The position numbers and the translations under genes were made by a program. DNA of 60,000 bases from Camelus dromedarius (Eukaryota), in NCBI RefSeq assembly GCF_036321535.1, contig NC_087438.1:4900001-4960000 (forward strand), written 5' to 3'. Positions 1 to 13,675 of this stretch are shown piece after piece. Under the pieces are notes generated by a model. That model was given only the letters and a program-made list of their open reading frames with translations, was not told the DNA's origin and searched no databases. How positions within the stretch are numbered: the first letter of the stretch is position 1; each line of letters opens with the position of its first letter.

Positions 1-240
1 ATATTCCATTACAGGTTATTATAAGGTATTGAATATAATATCCTGTGCTATTTAGTAAGTCCTTGTTGCTTATCTATTTTATGCACAATAGTTTATATCT
101 GTTAATCCCACACTCCTAATTTATCCCTCCTTGCCCCCCCCCTTTGGTAACCACACATTTGTTTTCTATGTCTGTGAGTCTGTTTTGTATAAAGCTTCAT
201 TTGTATTATTTTTTAGATTTCAGGTAAAAGTGATATCTCA
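1..240 (-). mobile_element. L1 3' UTR fragment (cut by window edge)
   Basis: 'ggttattataaggtattgaatataatatcctgtgct...tttggtaaccacacatttgttttctatgtctgtgagtctg' is antisense L1 3' UTR; paralogous to 6860-7080 and 39250-39480. Confidence 0.85.
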
Positions 241-1968
241 TAGTATTTATATAAATAAATATATCAATGTCAAGGCTGTGGAGAGTAACAACAGTATAAC
301 CTCAGAGGGAGGCTGATGCCATCTAGACATAAGCAAGGTTCGCTTTGTCATCTTTCAAATTCTGCCACATTCCACTCCTGACTTTCCTCTATGAAGTTTT
401 CAGGATTGTAGTTCTAACCCCCTTATGTATCATTCTTTCCCAAATAGTGCATTTCGCTCTGTTTCTGTGTCAATGAATTGTCTTTTATGAAGGGAGGGCC
501 TTTGAAAAGAAAAAAGTACTTGGGCTGTTCAAAAGATGCTCATAGAACTTCTTTTAAAGTCAAAAAATTATTCACAAAATTTTGACTAGGGGATATAGAA
601 TGACAAACACTGCTTCCATATGGTTTTCTGTAAAACTGCTCAATACTAAAGCTCTTAAACAATTAATGCCTCTTATTCCATTTACTAAATATGTTAATTC
701 GATATTTTACACAAAAGTTAATGGAATTCAAATACATTTTGAAAATTAGTATTAATTATGGTGGGTACATGTTCTAAAGGGTTCTCGCCCTCCAAAGTCA
801 ATGTTTCCATTAACATAACTATTTTCATCAACCCCAAACTCATTAAAGAATGAACTATGGCATAGTTATAGGATTACATCTGAAGGATTGTTTTTTAATG
901 AAAGCATCTTTTTATTGCCAACTTCTTAGTAAGGGAAAGCAAACTGCTTTTTGAGATCAAAATGAGAGTTTTTAACCCAAACGTATTTGGTATCCAAAAT
1001 ATGGACGAAATATAGGTGACTGAAAAGAGCAGTCCCTGAAATTTCACTAAGGAATTTCAGGTAAGAGCCAAGGAAAGCGTTGTTGAAACAGTGCCCCAAA
1101 CAGGAGGACTCGCTGGAGCTGCGGCCTTCCAGCAGCCGCATAGTTTCAACAGCGGAACTTGGAAACTGGCAGAAAAATGCAAAGTGTATCTCCAGCTGCC
1201 TTCTCTGGTTTCTTCCTGGCTGTTCACTTGGTTTATTTAACATCATTTTCTTTCTCTTCTAAACTTCTAAGGGACAGAGATGTGCAGTCATTCTGTTTTA
1301 AAAGCTGTTCTGCCTACTTTCAGCTGCTCTGCACCAGACATATATGTTCCTTGAGGCTATAGTTAGCATTTTTGCTAATATCCCAAGGGATTTAGAGAAA
1401 AGCTCCATCCATACGGATATGTAATATGCATGCTGAAAATTATTTGTTCAGCTAAGAGTTGGCGTCTAAGTAAATGATCTATATTACTGTTAGAAAAATC
1501 CAATTTATTCTCTCATTCTGTGCATTTGCACATATGGATTCTTTTAAACTTGCTTAAAGTTAGGCAAGCCTTGTGGATCTCCTTTGTGAAGCTGGTGTTT
1601 AACCGAGAAATGTTAACAAATCGAATATTGTTATTGTTATTGCTGGAATATTCAGATGGACCGAATACTTTGACTGTTTAGAAAAAGACTTACAGAAAAA
1701 TTCCCAATTTAGCTATGCTGTCATGCTATGTCAGCACCGCATGAGACACACTTGGCATAGCATTTGTTATGAGTAGGTTTCAAAATTTGAACTATTGTTT
1801 GATAAGATTTGAGAATTTTTGAATTATTTTATAGATAGGGAAAATTAAGTATGCAAAATATGTTGTGACGGCTGGAATTGAGAAAGATAATTCTATTTCA
1901 ATACTGGATCCAAACACAACATGTAAGAGACCTAGAATTACGTGTGGGTTAAGATGATGAGTTCAGTC

Positions 1969-2049
1969 ATTAGGTTAAACTATATGAAGTACCTGCTGTT
2001 TGCCAGCTTTGCCCGATAGGGCAATGAATTACTATGGATCAACTTAACA
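1969..2049. mobile_element. MADE2-like mariner MITE
   Basis: About 80 bp with terminal inverted repeats 'attaggttaaactatatgaa' ... 'ttactatggatcaacttaac'. Confidence 0.7.
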
Positions 2050-2859
2050 TATAAGGTAACGATTCAATTTGAATTCATGTCAATTCATTTCTGAATTGAT
2101 CTAGCTCCTAAAGATGGAGAAAGTAGGAGTGTATTGGGTATGTTGGGAGAAAATTGGGTCTATTTAGTGAGATAAGGAGAGTGGTCTCTGTTTTCTCTCT
2201 GAGAGTGCAGTTAAGCTGGGTAAGCCTCAGCCGCAGAGGAGGGTTCCTGGCAGGGACAGTCTCACTGTCTCCCTTACTCATCCTGTTAACCTTGAGCATC
2301 ACTCTTTACAGTAAAGGGACGTCATCTATGCTATAGTCATCAACGAGATCAGCCATGTGTGTAGACCCCTGGGGTGTGCACAGCGACCGTGATACCAGCT
2401 TCCAGAGGGTGGCCGGGAGCATTCTCTGCTGTCCTTGCGGCCAGGACGCGGGACTGTGCTGTGCTACGTGGGACAGCCAGTGCCAGTGAATGGTAGTTGC
2501 GTCTGGAGGGATGTTCCAAGGTAAAGAGTGAGGACCTTGTCACTGGATTTGATGTTAGGTAGCACCACCCAGGAAGTTCACAACCCACTCACGTTAGCAA
2601 TAGACAGGTGAGCTGTCATTCTGCCCTCTTCTTGTTCAGGACAAATCTGGAGAGAAAAGTACAACTTACTCAAATGGAAGGAGGGCTGCGGGGGTATGTG
2701 GTGACTCAGGTGATGGTACCAGCAGCAGGGACTCGAGAGAGGAAGTGTCTGACCAGCCCTCACTGCCTGGATGCTTTCCACACCAATGTCTTTCCTCACG
2801 TCCTCTTGCTGTCTAAAGTCCTGTCTTCCTCCTCCGAACTAAACAACAAGCAAGTAAAC

Positions 2860-3160
2860 AAAAAGGAATGATAAAACCTCACGCACATGCAATGACTTGG
2901 ATGAACCTCAAAAATATTACACTGAATTAAAGAAGCCAGACACAAAAGACCGCATAGCGTATGATTATATTTAAATGAAATGTCCAGAAAAGGCAAATCT
3001 GTAGAGACAGAAATTACCTTGGTGGTTGCTTGGAGCTGGAGATGGAAGTGGGGGTTAACTATAAACCATACTTTGGTAACTTTGCTAAAAGTCATGAATT
3101 GTACATTTAAAACAGACGAATTTTATGGTCTATAAATTACCCTTCAATAAAGCTGTTTTA
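2860..3160 (+). mobile_element. Old L1M 3' end
   Basis: 'ggatgaacctcaaaaatattacactgaatt...agaagccagacacaaaagacc...aaattacccttcaataaagctgtt'. Confidence 0.8.
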
Positions 3161-3332
3161 AAATTCAGTGCAATCATTTGAAACTATTAAGTCTGATGAG
3201 TAAATTCAGTACAAAAATTAGTTAAAATATTGATACTTGAAAACCAGTAGTTTTTTTCTAATAAACTAGTAATAACCAATTAGAACATTTAATCGAAAAA
3301 AAGTTTCCAATTTTAAAAGCAACAAACATTCT

Positions 3333-3420
3333 TTGCCTCAGCCTCCTCACCTGTAAATGGGGATGGTAGTTTCTGTTTCATAAATACGTTGTAAGGATTA
3401 AATGAAGTAATATTTGCAGT
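3333..3420 (+). mobile_element. MIR SINE fragment
   Basis: Core 'cctcagcctcctcacctgtaaatggggatggtag...gttgtaaggattaaatgaagtaata'. Confidence 0.75.
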
Positions 3421-4479
3421 GTGGAGAATGCCACCTTGGGATATAAGACGTGCTTATAATGCTATTAAATCTGAATACTCAGTCACAAGGTATAGAAATA
3501 AGAATATTTATTATAACATTTTTGGTAGAAGTGAAAAATTAAAAATAACCTAACATTCATTAATTTAAGAATGATTATGTAAATAAAGCCAATACCATGA
3601 ATACTATATAGTCTCTCATGAAGTGGGTCCACATGCTTTAGCCTACAAAAATCTCAGGACACACTGCTAGTTGAAAACAGCAAGTTACAGAACAATGAAA
3701 ATAGACTGGTTCTATTTAAGTTAAAAACATGTTGTTTGTGTACGTGAGTGCATAAATTAGTCACACAACAGGTTCTGAGATGAACGCACCGATCTGGAGT
3801 GTGGGTGATAAGTGAGAGAGAAAGAGAGAGGACTTTAACTTTGTACTTTGCATTTCTGTATTTCTGAGATATTTAAACACAAGAATATATTAAATAAGAC
3901 TTGCATATTTGGTTAAAGGGGGAAAATGAAACAGATGGGCTGCCCTACCTGCCTCCTGGGGGGACTGCCATGACCCGGGAGACTCAGGATGGAAAGAACA
4001 GGACACCACAGGGGGCACAAGAGCCTCACATCTGATGTGTTCAGTAGGCGACAGCTTTTCAAGCTTTTTGAGTGATTACCTGTACACTTCTAGGAGCAGA
4101 ATAGAAGAAATGCTGCTTCACAGGTCAACTTGAAAGGCATGATGACAGACTTAAAATATACATGAAGAAACTTTAAGCTACAGAGTGTATCAATCCATCT
4201 TACATTTTTCTAAATTGGGTAAAACTATGACTTTTGAATTGTGTTGCAAAGAAGACATTTGTTCGGAAATTTGAAAGTGCAATTAATATTGGAAGAACAC
4301 TGCCATCAACAACTTGCTTACGACATGGTGTCGTCCAGAGTTAAAATAAAATATTCTCGCTTGTGCAGTGGGTGGGCTGGCTAAGGAAATCCTAAGAGAT
4401 ACACACTTATAAACAAAAGCCCAGCTTTCATCTTTCAGGCTTTTATCTAATTTGAAATGTTCTGAGTGGGAGAGCTTCC

Positions 4480-4560
4480 ATCCATCGTCCTGAGAGCCTT
4501 TCTATTAATCAAATATTTTCTATTATCAGGAAGCATTTCCTGACATTCAGTCTAAATTTT
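4480..4560. mobile_element. Possible L3/CR1 fragment
   Basis: 'ttatcaggaagcatttcctgacattcagtctaaatttt' resembles the CR1/L3 3' motif. Confidence 0.35.
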
Positions 4561-6742
4561 TATCCATCTTATGGCATTATGTAATTTAGTTAATTATATT
4601 ATCCTATTTGCAGATCAAAAATGATATTTATCTTGTTATCCATTTTCTTGTTATTGCACAGTAATTACATGGATCTAAAGCATATGGGAAGTGAAGTGAC
4701 CATCATTTTCTTATATTTGCTTCTTGTGTCCCATTGATATAAAGAGTCAGATCAATAGAAAACAGAATACAGGGTGATCATGTGCCACCACACGATTGGT
4801 CACTATCAATATCTAGGCAGGAAGAGAAAGTGCGTGTTTGCCTACGAAGGTTGTTTTCTGCCTCGAGAAGCGAAATATTTGGTAATCTATTTTTGTTTGC
4901 CTGAGTTTCTCCTGCTGGCTATTAGCAACTGCTATAGAAGAGAAACAGAGAGAGAAAATTATAAGAATCAGTCTTAAGATTCTGAAATTAATAGCAAAAA
5001 AGTTATTCCATCTTGTTTGCATGTAATGCATGTAACCCAAAGCTGGCTCAGGCAGGAGGGAACTGTTAGGCTCTGAAAAAGCAGAAGTAAGCGAGAAACG
5101 TTGTCAGATAAATAGGAAAGAGAAAGCCCCGCTGATTACGAGTCACGTGGGCTGCCTCTGCGGCAGGTGCCTGCAGCAACTATTTCCCAAAGCGTGGTTG
5201 ATAAAAACAGGAGATGGGAAAATCAATACTTTGGGCCAATACCGGTCACAGTTCATTAAGACAGCAAGCTTGGGACAAGCCAGGGACAAATATGCCTTTC
5301 CTCTCGAGCATCTGAATCGAATTCCCCAGGCTTCCGCCTTCTCTCCTGAGTCACTGGGTCCCCATGGTCTTTTACACCCTAATAACTGGAGAGCCAGCAT
5401 CACTGAATGCACTTCTGGACATATTTCACATGATGAAACCATAGACAGCCATATGAGAAATCTTAAAAACTCAAAATACCCCACAGGTCCCAACTCCTGT
5501 GCTATTTCATACCAGCCCACTACCTTCCTCTCCACATTTAAACATGCCCATTTTCTTGAAATAGTAATCACTAAGGTACAGAAACTTGCTTTAAAATACT
5601 CATGGTCATATTTAGTGGAAATACATTGATTTAAATCCACCCATAATCTTGACTTTTAAGGGCTATTAAATTTTAATTTAATAAAAATGACATTGAGTGC
5701 ATTTAAAAAACTACTCAAATACATGTTTTGTTTCTCTTATTAACTAATTTAACCTTACCACAAACTCAGGAAATAACTTAGCTCGTGGTGTGAGAAGACA
5801 TACTAGGGTAGCCCTTGGGTGGGCAGAACTCCATCAGTATCTGTTCCTGAGCACGGAGGTAGTGCATCTGGGGCCACAGCATTATTGACAATATTTGGTG
5901 TGAAACACAAAGCATGAAAAATAGACTGGATGATGACCACAGAAGTGATTCAGGGACAGGTTGCAAGAGTCTTAAGAGCTGTATCAGAGACTTGGTATTC
6001 TAAGGACCAAATCTCAAAAGGAAGGCCCAGAGTAGTTTTCTGTTTCCCTTTGTCATCAGCACTAGAGCCATCTAGAAAGTAGTAAGCCTAGCGAGCTTAA
6101 GTTAACGTTCAAGTCCCCCTAATTTCCCGTCCACCCGCCTCCCGCTGCCTTCTTTCGGCACATCCAATAGTAAGGACAATTCCTTTTAAACTAATTTATT
6201 TCTGGGCAGCATTTCCTCCCTTGAGGACAATGCATCCTGCTCAGTGAGCACTTCAGACTTCAGAACATTGTAATCTAACAAAAGGCAGAATCATCTCCAC
6301 CAAATGCAGAAATCTGATTACGTAGTGGGTGAAGACTGAGCTCCCTTGAGTTTGCCCTCGGGCCAGACTCACCAGTGCGGACTCTCCTCCCACGTCCAGC
6401 AAGGGGAGCTCCAGGGCCCTGAGAGGCGGGGCTCCAGTTAAGCCGACCTTCCCTGAGAGGGTCAAGAGCCCCGGGCAGCACATCCATCCGGGGCGCAAGG
6501 GTGTCCTCCAGAGTGGCTGGAGGGCCAGTGGGGACACAGCAGCCTCGCTAAAGGGATCCCAGTCCCAGATTTGAAGGGACCATCCTTCCAAAGTTCTCAG
6601 AAGATTGCTGGGCACGTGCAGTGTGTCCCAGTGCCCGTCTCCTGTCTCTCATGTGCTAATTTTCCTCCTGGATCACCTTTCCTGGAGTTCTAGAATCTTC
6701 AGTCAGGGACATTCAATAAATCATACAGGCTTGACCAATATC

Positions 6743-7339
6743 TTTTTATTGGTTGATTGATTGATTGAAGTATAGTTGATTTACAGTGTTGTAGCTTCTG
6801 GTGTACAGCATAGTGGTTCAGTTATACATTTATATATATATTCTTTTTCATATTCATTCTCATTGTAGGTTATTACAAGCTATTGAGTATGGTTCCCATG
6901 CTGCTGTACCATAGGACCTTGTTGTTTATCTAATCTGTATATAGTAGTTTATATCTGCTAGTCCCAAACTCTTAATTTATCCCTCCCCAATCCCGTTCCC
7001 CTTTGGTAACCATAAATTTGTTTTCTATGTCTGTGAGTCTCTTTCTGGTTTGTAAATAAGTTCATTTGTGTCATTTTTTAATAAGATTCCACATGGAAGT
7101 GATATCATATGATTTTGTCTTCCTCTGTCTGACTTACTGCACTTAGTATAATTTCTAGGTCCATCCACATCGCTGCAGATGGCGTTATTTAATTTTTTAT
7201 GGCTGAGTAGTAGTCTATTGTACATACGTGTATATATATGTATGTGTATGTATGTATGTATATATATACAGCACAATTCCTGTACTTCCATGTCCTGGCT
7301 ATTGTATATAGTGCTGCTAGGAACATTGGGGAGCATGTA
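6743..7339 (-). mobile_element. L1 3' end (ORF2 C-terminus plus 3' UTR)
   Basis: 'ttgaagtatagttgatttacagtgtt...catgtcctggctattgtatatagtgctgctaggaacattgggg'; minus frame gives 'PMFLAALYTIARTWK'. Confidence 0.92.
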
Positions 7340-7990
7340 AGACAGGATACCATAATCTCCCAGAATATTGGCAAGACATTTTCTGATATAAATGGTAGCA
7401 ATGTTTTCCTAAGTCAGTCTAACAATGCAACAGAAACAAAAGCAAAAATAAATAAATGAAATCTAATCAAACTTACAAGTTTTTGCACAACAAAGGAAAC
7501 CATAAACAAAAGGAAAAGACAACCTACAGAAATGGAGGAAATATTTGCAGGTGATGCGACTGACAAGAGCTTAACTTCCAGAATATAGAAGCAGCTCATG
7601 CAACTCAATAACAAAAAGCAAACAAATTACCCAATCAAAAAATTGGCAGAAGACCTAAACAGACATTTCTCCAATGAAGACATACAGGTGGCCAATAGGC
7701 ACATGAAAAGATGCTCACTATCGCTAATTATCAGAGAAATGCAAATCAAAACTACAGTGAGGTATCACCTCACACCAGTCCGAATGACCATCATTAAAAA
7801 ATCCACAAATGATAAATGCTGGAAAGGGTGTGGAAAAAAGGGAACCCTCCTACATTGCTGATAGGAATGTAGTTTGGGGCAGCCACTATGGAAAACAGTA
7901 CACAGATTCCTTAAAAAACTAAAAATATACTTAACCATATGAACCAGCAATCCTGGACATATATCTGGAGAAAACTCCGATTCAGAAAGA
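7340..7990 (+). mobile_element. L1 ORF2 segment, inverted 5' part of the same insertion
   Basis: ORF 7598..7861 '[45 protein letters not shown]' is the L1 ORF2 C-terminal region. Confidence 0.92.
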
Positions 7991-8074
7991 TTTATATGTA
8001 TATTTTTTTTCAGATTCTTTTCCATTATAGTTTATTACAGGATATTGAATATAGTTCCCTGTGCTCTACAGCAG
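7991..8074 (-). mobile_element. L1 3' UTR fragment
   Basis: 'ttttcagattcttttccattatagtttattacaggatattgaatatagttccctgtgct'. Confidence 0.8.
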
Positions 8075-10078
8075 GCACTCGTTCCAGTCTTCTTTCAGAC
8101 CAGCTATTTCTAAATTCTTTCTCTCTTGGCACATAACTCTCCCATCTTCTTGGGATTATACCTGAGGTTTCTAGGTCTCTAATCTCCTGGTGGCACCATA
8201 ACTAATAAAGCGTTTTGTAAAATCATCTCACTCAACTCAATATTTAGTTCTCTTAGAAAAGAAATTGGTATAATGTAATTAGATAAACAACTTTCATCCT
8301 TGTCTTAAGAGGAGATGGTGTCACCCTTTTAAAAGAAAACACCAAAGGGGCATCAGCACTGGCCAACACTGCCTCCTAAAAGTAGGTCAGAACCGCTGCC
8401 ACTCCGGGCTTAAAAAATGTTGTATTGTCAGAGACCGTCTTTTTCCTCCTGGTAATTCTCCTCTGGATCTTCTCTCTGCTCCCATCCACCAACTTTTCAT
8501 CCCCTTTCCTCACCCCACCCCTCATGTGGTGCCAAGGGCCAACCAAAGCCATGAAAAAATAACACACGTATTTCTCAGACAGAATCTTCTCCATTAGCCA
8601 TTACAGCTCCTAAAACACTCCAATATGTCAAAGCCTTGCCCAGTCCAATGATTTTGGAAAACCCTACTCAAAAATAAACTTTGTTCTGGAGAAATGTGAA
8701 AAGTTCCCACTGAAAACAAACTCCGCTCTTTCACTGGGAAAAGTAAAACGACTCTTGGCAAAAATCAAAGCGCCGCTGGTTAACGGAGACGGTTACGTCT
8801 GCTTGGCCCGACCTTGGACTGACGCCCTCTACAAAGTTTAACTGGTTTCACACACTCTGCCCGGCGCTGGGTTTCCTGTTTGTCTGATCAAGGCAGCAAA
8901 GTACACCGTGTATTCATTCTCCTCACAGGGCATATCCTGTTTCACTCACTAATTGTCAAGATTTGGGAAAAGGTCGACTAAGCTTATCTAAACACCTAGT
9001 ACAAATAAGACGTTTTTGAACGTCTATCTCTTCTAAAAGATAACAGAAACCAAAGTGCATACTAATTATAAAATACCTTGATCTACTTAACAATCTTGCC
9101 CAAGGAATTTACCATTTCAACAATAATATTAATATACTCATGACATTTTTATTAATGTTTTACAGATTAGAAAGTGTGCATATATATAATTTTATTCACT
9201 TTAAAAACAGCATTTGGAAATAGGTAATATTAGTTTTCTCGTTTTATTATAGGTGACAAATTTGTAGTTCAAACAATGTACATAATTGGGCTCAGAAACA
9301 TATAGCCAAGGTGGTAACCAGAGTTTCCATTGTGCCACATCACCTCCCGTGAATTCTTAGACTGAAGAATGGGGAGTTCATGAGCTGATAGTTAGTGATA
9401 AACACAAGAGGAGCAGAGGGGTTCCTGACGCTGTATCTGAAGCTTGACCCCCCCCCTTCTTTCCAAAGCGATACAGCACTGCATCATAGCCTAGTCATCA
9501 TGAGCTGCTCAGTGGCACAAAACGAGGACCCCAGCTCATGGGGGCACAGAGGTGCTCCTCCCACTCTGAACAGTGTCATGGCACGGAAGACCAAGGAACA
9601 CCACCGCGGTACACGCTGTCTCTTGTAGCACGGTGGGAGGACACGAGGGAGACTCTTAACCTTGCCATCTCTTTTCTTTGATGCTAAAAGTTTAACAGAT
9701 AGAATTTGAGCGCATTTGATGCTGGGATTAGAGAGGTTCATCTTTGATTCTTTTTGAACGATGTGATTGTGCTGCCCGTGACACTGTACGTGTTAGACGG
9801 CAAGATATTCTGATTGGCCCTGGCACAGCGCACCCACTCCTCGGTTCAATTACAGAAGAACACAGCTGGTGCACCCTTTGTAAGAACAGGTTTTGACACA
9901 GGGTCAAAGCATTACAGTCTCTCCCAGAAGCTCTGTGAGGACGGTGCTGTTTCCTTATTGCCTAGGAAAGTGCCTAATGCATCATAAAAGGTGAATAAGT
10001 AATATTCGGATGGATTAACCATATATATCTAAAACTCAACACTTTCTCAAATCTGACCATCCTAATCTTAGGGCGGCG

Positions 10079-10520
10079 TGGTGGAGTAGAGACTTATCAT
10101 TACCCCAGCACTCATCCCCCCTGTTCCTTCCTGTAACAAGATCCTTAGTTTCTATCTGGGTGCATGGCCAGTTAGAAGAAAGACTGAATTTCTCCCTCTC
10201 CCTGGCAGCTAGGCATGATCGTGTGGCTTGGTTCTGACACGTAGGTGAAACGGGAATCTTGTTCAAGTTCAGGGGGTACACCTGCCTCCTTCCTGCTAAC
10301 TGAGCTGTGTGTGGCGGCTGGCAGGCCAGAGGCCACGATGTAAAAATTGCATGTTGAGGGCGGTGGAGTGACTCTGCAGACGCGGTCAGGGCCCCTGACA
10401 ACCACAGCGCTGGTACCAGACGTCGTTTACACTAGCAGTAAATAAACCTCAATCTTGAGTAAACCGCCGCTATTTTAGGTTTTCCATCACTCACAGTCAA
10501 AACTAATCCTAATGGATGCA
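10079..10520 (+). mobile_element. MLT1 (ERVL-MaLR) LTR, old subfamily
   Basis: 'atttctccctctccctggcagctaggcatgatcgtgtggcttggttctg...aataaacctcaatcttgagtaaaccgccgctattttagg...aactaatcctaa'. Confidence 0.7.
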
Positions 10521-11459
10521 AATGGATTGTCATACACAGTATTAGTGACAGAGAAATAGATATATCTTTCCAGAATACATTTATAAAGTTACCTGAGAGT
10601 TGGCTTAGCACAGCATGTCATTTTATGGATAGATTCTGATTTTTGTGTTTCCTGAAAATGAAGAGTATGACGTGTTGCTCTGGCTGTAATCAATATTGAT
10701 GTGTGTTCAGAAGCCCAGTCGCTTAACTGAGTGGCGTGGTAGAGGGTTTCAGAAGGAACATCTCACACCTTGCTTCCTGCCGTCTGCCATCAGTGCTCAG
10801 TACATGGGGTTTGTAGGTAGGGGATTATTGAAGATAAAAGGGAAGAAACTTGACAGCTCAGCACCTTCTCAATCTGGTTTCTGCATCACAGCTTTACTCT
10901 TTGGTTTGAAGCAAATTCTCAAAAAACAAAAACAAACAAACAAAAAAAAGACATAGATTTCCAGAGGCATGGCAAAGCATCAGACCAGAGATCCAGAGTA
11001 ATTGCTTCTCCGTTAACCTGGTGCACTGTCTCTGAGAAAACTGATTCCTACCCGTGGCTTCAGACATCACCTCGACCCTAGTGACATTATGTCCTTTTGT
11101 TTCTCAACGTTTTTTAAGCAATGCTTTCTTAATCCACTCTGTGTTAATTCTTAAAGCCAATGTTTTATCAAAATTCATTTTATTTCTTTTTTATTAAAGA
11201 AAAATTTCCATAATAAATCAGCTTTTTTACTACCAGCGCCTCTCAGGATAATTTTCTCCCCCGTCCCAGTGGGGTTTATTGCCCCCACTCTCTCTTTCTT
11301 GTTAAGAATTACTGCTTTCCTCTTGGTCTTATGTTCAGTTGTACCTTGGAGACATCCCATACACAGATTTTTCAAACTCAGCATTTTCCTCTGTGAAGCT
11401 AATATCTTCATCCTCCCTTCCATCCTCTCTTCTTCATGTTGATGACACCACAATAATAG

Positions 11460-11536
11460 TATCAAACTTCATCAAAGTGCACGTCTGAAATGCGTGCAGT
11501 TTACTGTGCACGAACCATGCCATAATAAAAAAACAA
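11460..11536 (+). mobile_element. Old L1M terminal 3' fragment
   Basis: 'caaacttcatcaaagtgcacgtctgaaatgcgtgcagtttactgtgc...cataataaaaaa'. Confidence 0.6.
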
Positions 11537-11544
11537 CAGTCTTA

Positions 11545-11900
11545 GTGACGTGAGCCAGAAACCTGGGAGTTATTCAAGACTTTGTGTTCCATATTCGCAT
11601 GGTCACCAGCTCATCGACGCCAACTCACATGGCTTGCTTTTCATTCCTTTGGCCACTGCTTTATTTAATTTCTCTTCACTTCTTGCATGAATGTCATAGG
11701 AGTCTTCAAACTCTGCTTCCATCCTCAGCCCCCACTATTAAACCCTCCATCCTGCAAGTCACAGTGTTCTGGCCGCAGTGGAAACTTGGACAGCTAGCCT
11801 CCTAACTTCTGAGCTGAGCAAGTCTGAGCAGAGGACCTGACCGCTGCCTGGGTTTTTGGCCTCAGCTACCAGCCTTCCTTTTAAATCCTACACTTCTGCC
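11545..11900 (+). mobile_element. L2 fragment
   Basis: 'agccagaaacctgggagttattcaagac...' followed by typical pyrimidine-rich L2 3' motifs. Confidence 0.5.
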
Positions 11901-12977
11901 TTTGCAGAGACCTGAAGTTCACGGCAGCTGGGGGCCTGGGTTCACCTCCATATTTTCATTTTCCTCCAGACAGCCTTTAAAAGTCAGCAGAACCACATGC
12001 TCTGGGACCCTCTCTTGACCCCTACCCCTGGCTAAGGATCAAGTTCTCCCCTGTGGAATCTGTTCAGCCAGATAGCAAGCACCCTAACAGCCGGGATTAC
12101 CCTTTGCCTCTGTTTGCATCAAGTATGGAAATTCACATCTAATGGGTTCTTAAAAGTTAGTTGCTGAAATGAGTGTGTATCCACATCCATTTGAACCACC
12201 TGTGTCCAGTAAGAGTCAGATTCCCAGAATAGGCTTGTTTCTATCCATTCTCTACCTGTTTTTCCTACTGCAGAAAAAAAAAAAAAGGGTAAAATCAGAT
12301 AGATTAACTCATTTCTATAGAGTAGTTTATTTTGAAGATTATATATTTCCTTCAAGTTCTACCTGACTTATTTTTCTCCAAAACACAGAACAAAAGCAGC
12401 CTTTCAACCTGGTTCTTTCATACTTTTATTTTATTTTATTTTTAGAGCTTCTGGCTTTGTGTGCAGGACACTCACAGATGATTAAAAAGCAGTGAAAACT
12501 GAACACTAGAGAATTTCTCTCTCATGGGGCAATCATGCTTGGCATGGCCAACGTTATTTGCAACAGTTGGTCAAGTACTTATCATCTAAGAATAAGCAGA
12601 GCATGACCGATCCTGTGTTGGAAAGAAGGCTACGGGGGATGAGAAGGAATTTAAGCTCACGGACTGTCTACTTTGTGTCAGACACTGTGTATGACTCACA
12701 ACTTTGAACTAAACCCTCACAGACAACCTACAAAGTAGGCATTATCGCAGCTGGACAGCCAAGGACCGTGAGATAAAGGCAAAGGATGGTCTCAGCTATG
12801 AAGACAGACTCGCCCCCTTCTGGTCCCCTGACCACAGGAATCGTCATTATCACCCGTGGGAGCCCCTGGCGTGAAAACATTAATGTACGCTTCAGGTTGA
12901 AAACATTCCTGAATCTGTTTTTCTTTGATTCCGCTAGCTAAGGACTTGGCTGCATTTCATCATGTAGCTTTTTTTTT

Positions 12978-13675
12978 CCCCAATAAACTTTTACTTCAGA
13001 AGAGCTTTATGTTTATAGGAAAATTATAAAGCTAGTACAGGGAATTCTCACATACCTTACACATGGCTTCCTCTCGCGTTAACTTCTTACATTAGTGAGG
13101 TGCACGTGTCCCAATTAAAGAACCAGCTTTGTCCAGTCATCTGTCGAGATTTACAGATGTTAACTACTATATATAAAAATAGATTTTTTTAAAAAGTTTC
13201 TTCTGTATAGCACAGAGAACTATGTTCAATATCTTATAATAACCTTTAATGAAAAGGAATATGAAATTGAAAATATGTATGTATATGCATGACTGGGGCA
13301 TTGAGCTGTGCACCAGAAATTGACACATTGTAACTGACTGTACTTGAATAAAAAATAAAATAAAATTTAATTTAATTTAAGTTAAAAAAAGAATAAATGA
13401 GTGAATGAATGAATGAATGAGAAAAGAACCAGCATTGATACATTATCATTAACTGAAGTCCACACTTTATTCAGATCTCCTTAGTTTTTACGTGAGGGCC
13501 TTCCTCTGTGCTGTGAGCCCACCCAGTCCAGGGCATTATGTGTAGTTGCCACGTGTCCTAGGCTCCTCTTGGTCTTGGCGATTTCTCAGATGTTTCTTGA
13601 TTTGACGACCTTACCCGTACCGGTCAGGTATTTTGTAGAATGTCCCTCAACTTGTTATTTGTCTGATGTTTTCCA
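12978..13675 (-). mobile_element. Old L1MC/MD-type 3' UTR, interrupted by a younger L1
   Basis: 'cattatcattaactgaagtccacactttattcagatctccttagtttt...ggtcaggtattttgtagaatgtccctcaacttg'. Confidence 0.8.
13128..13422 (+). mobile_element. Young 5'-truncated L1 3' end with 11-bp TSD
   Basis: TSD aaagaaccagc at 13117-13127 and 13423-13433, TT/AAAG target, A-rich and (GAAT)n tail. Confidence 0.9.

Noticed and set aside
926..1246. 106-aa minus ORF and plus-strand CAG|GTAAGA donor at 1060
   Set aside because: No recognisable product, and I found no convincing acceptor or coding frame upstream of the donor
5143..5640. Antiparallel 160/165-aa ORF pair
   Set aside because: No recognisable protein similarity or splice context; explainable by chance
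7598..7861. Protein-like ORFs here and at 46686..47006, 51527..51757, 54403..54663 and 54943..55245
   Set aside because: All are fragments of L1 ORF1/ORF2, not host genes
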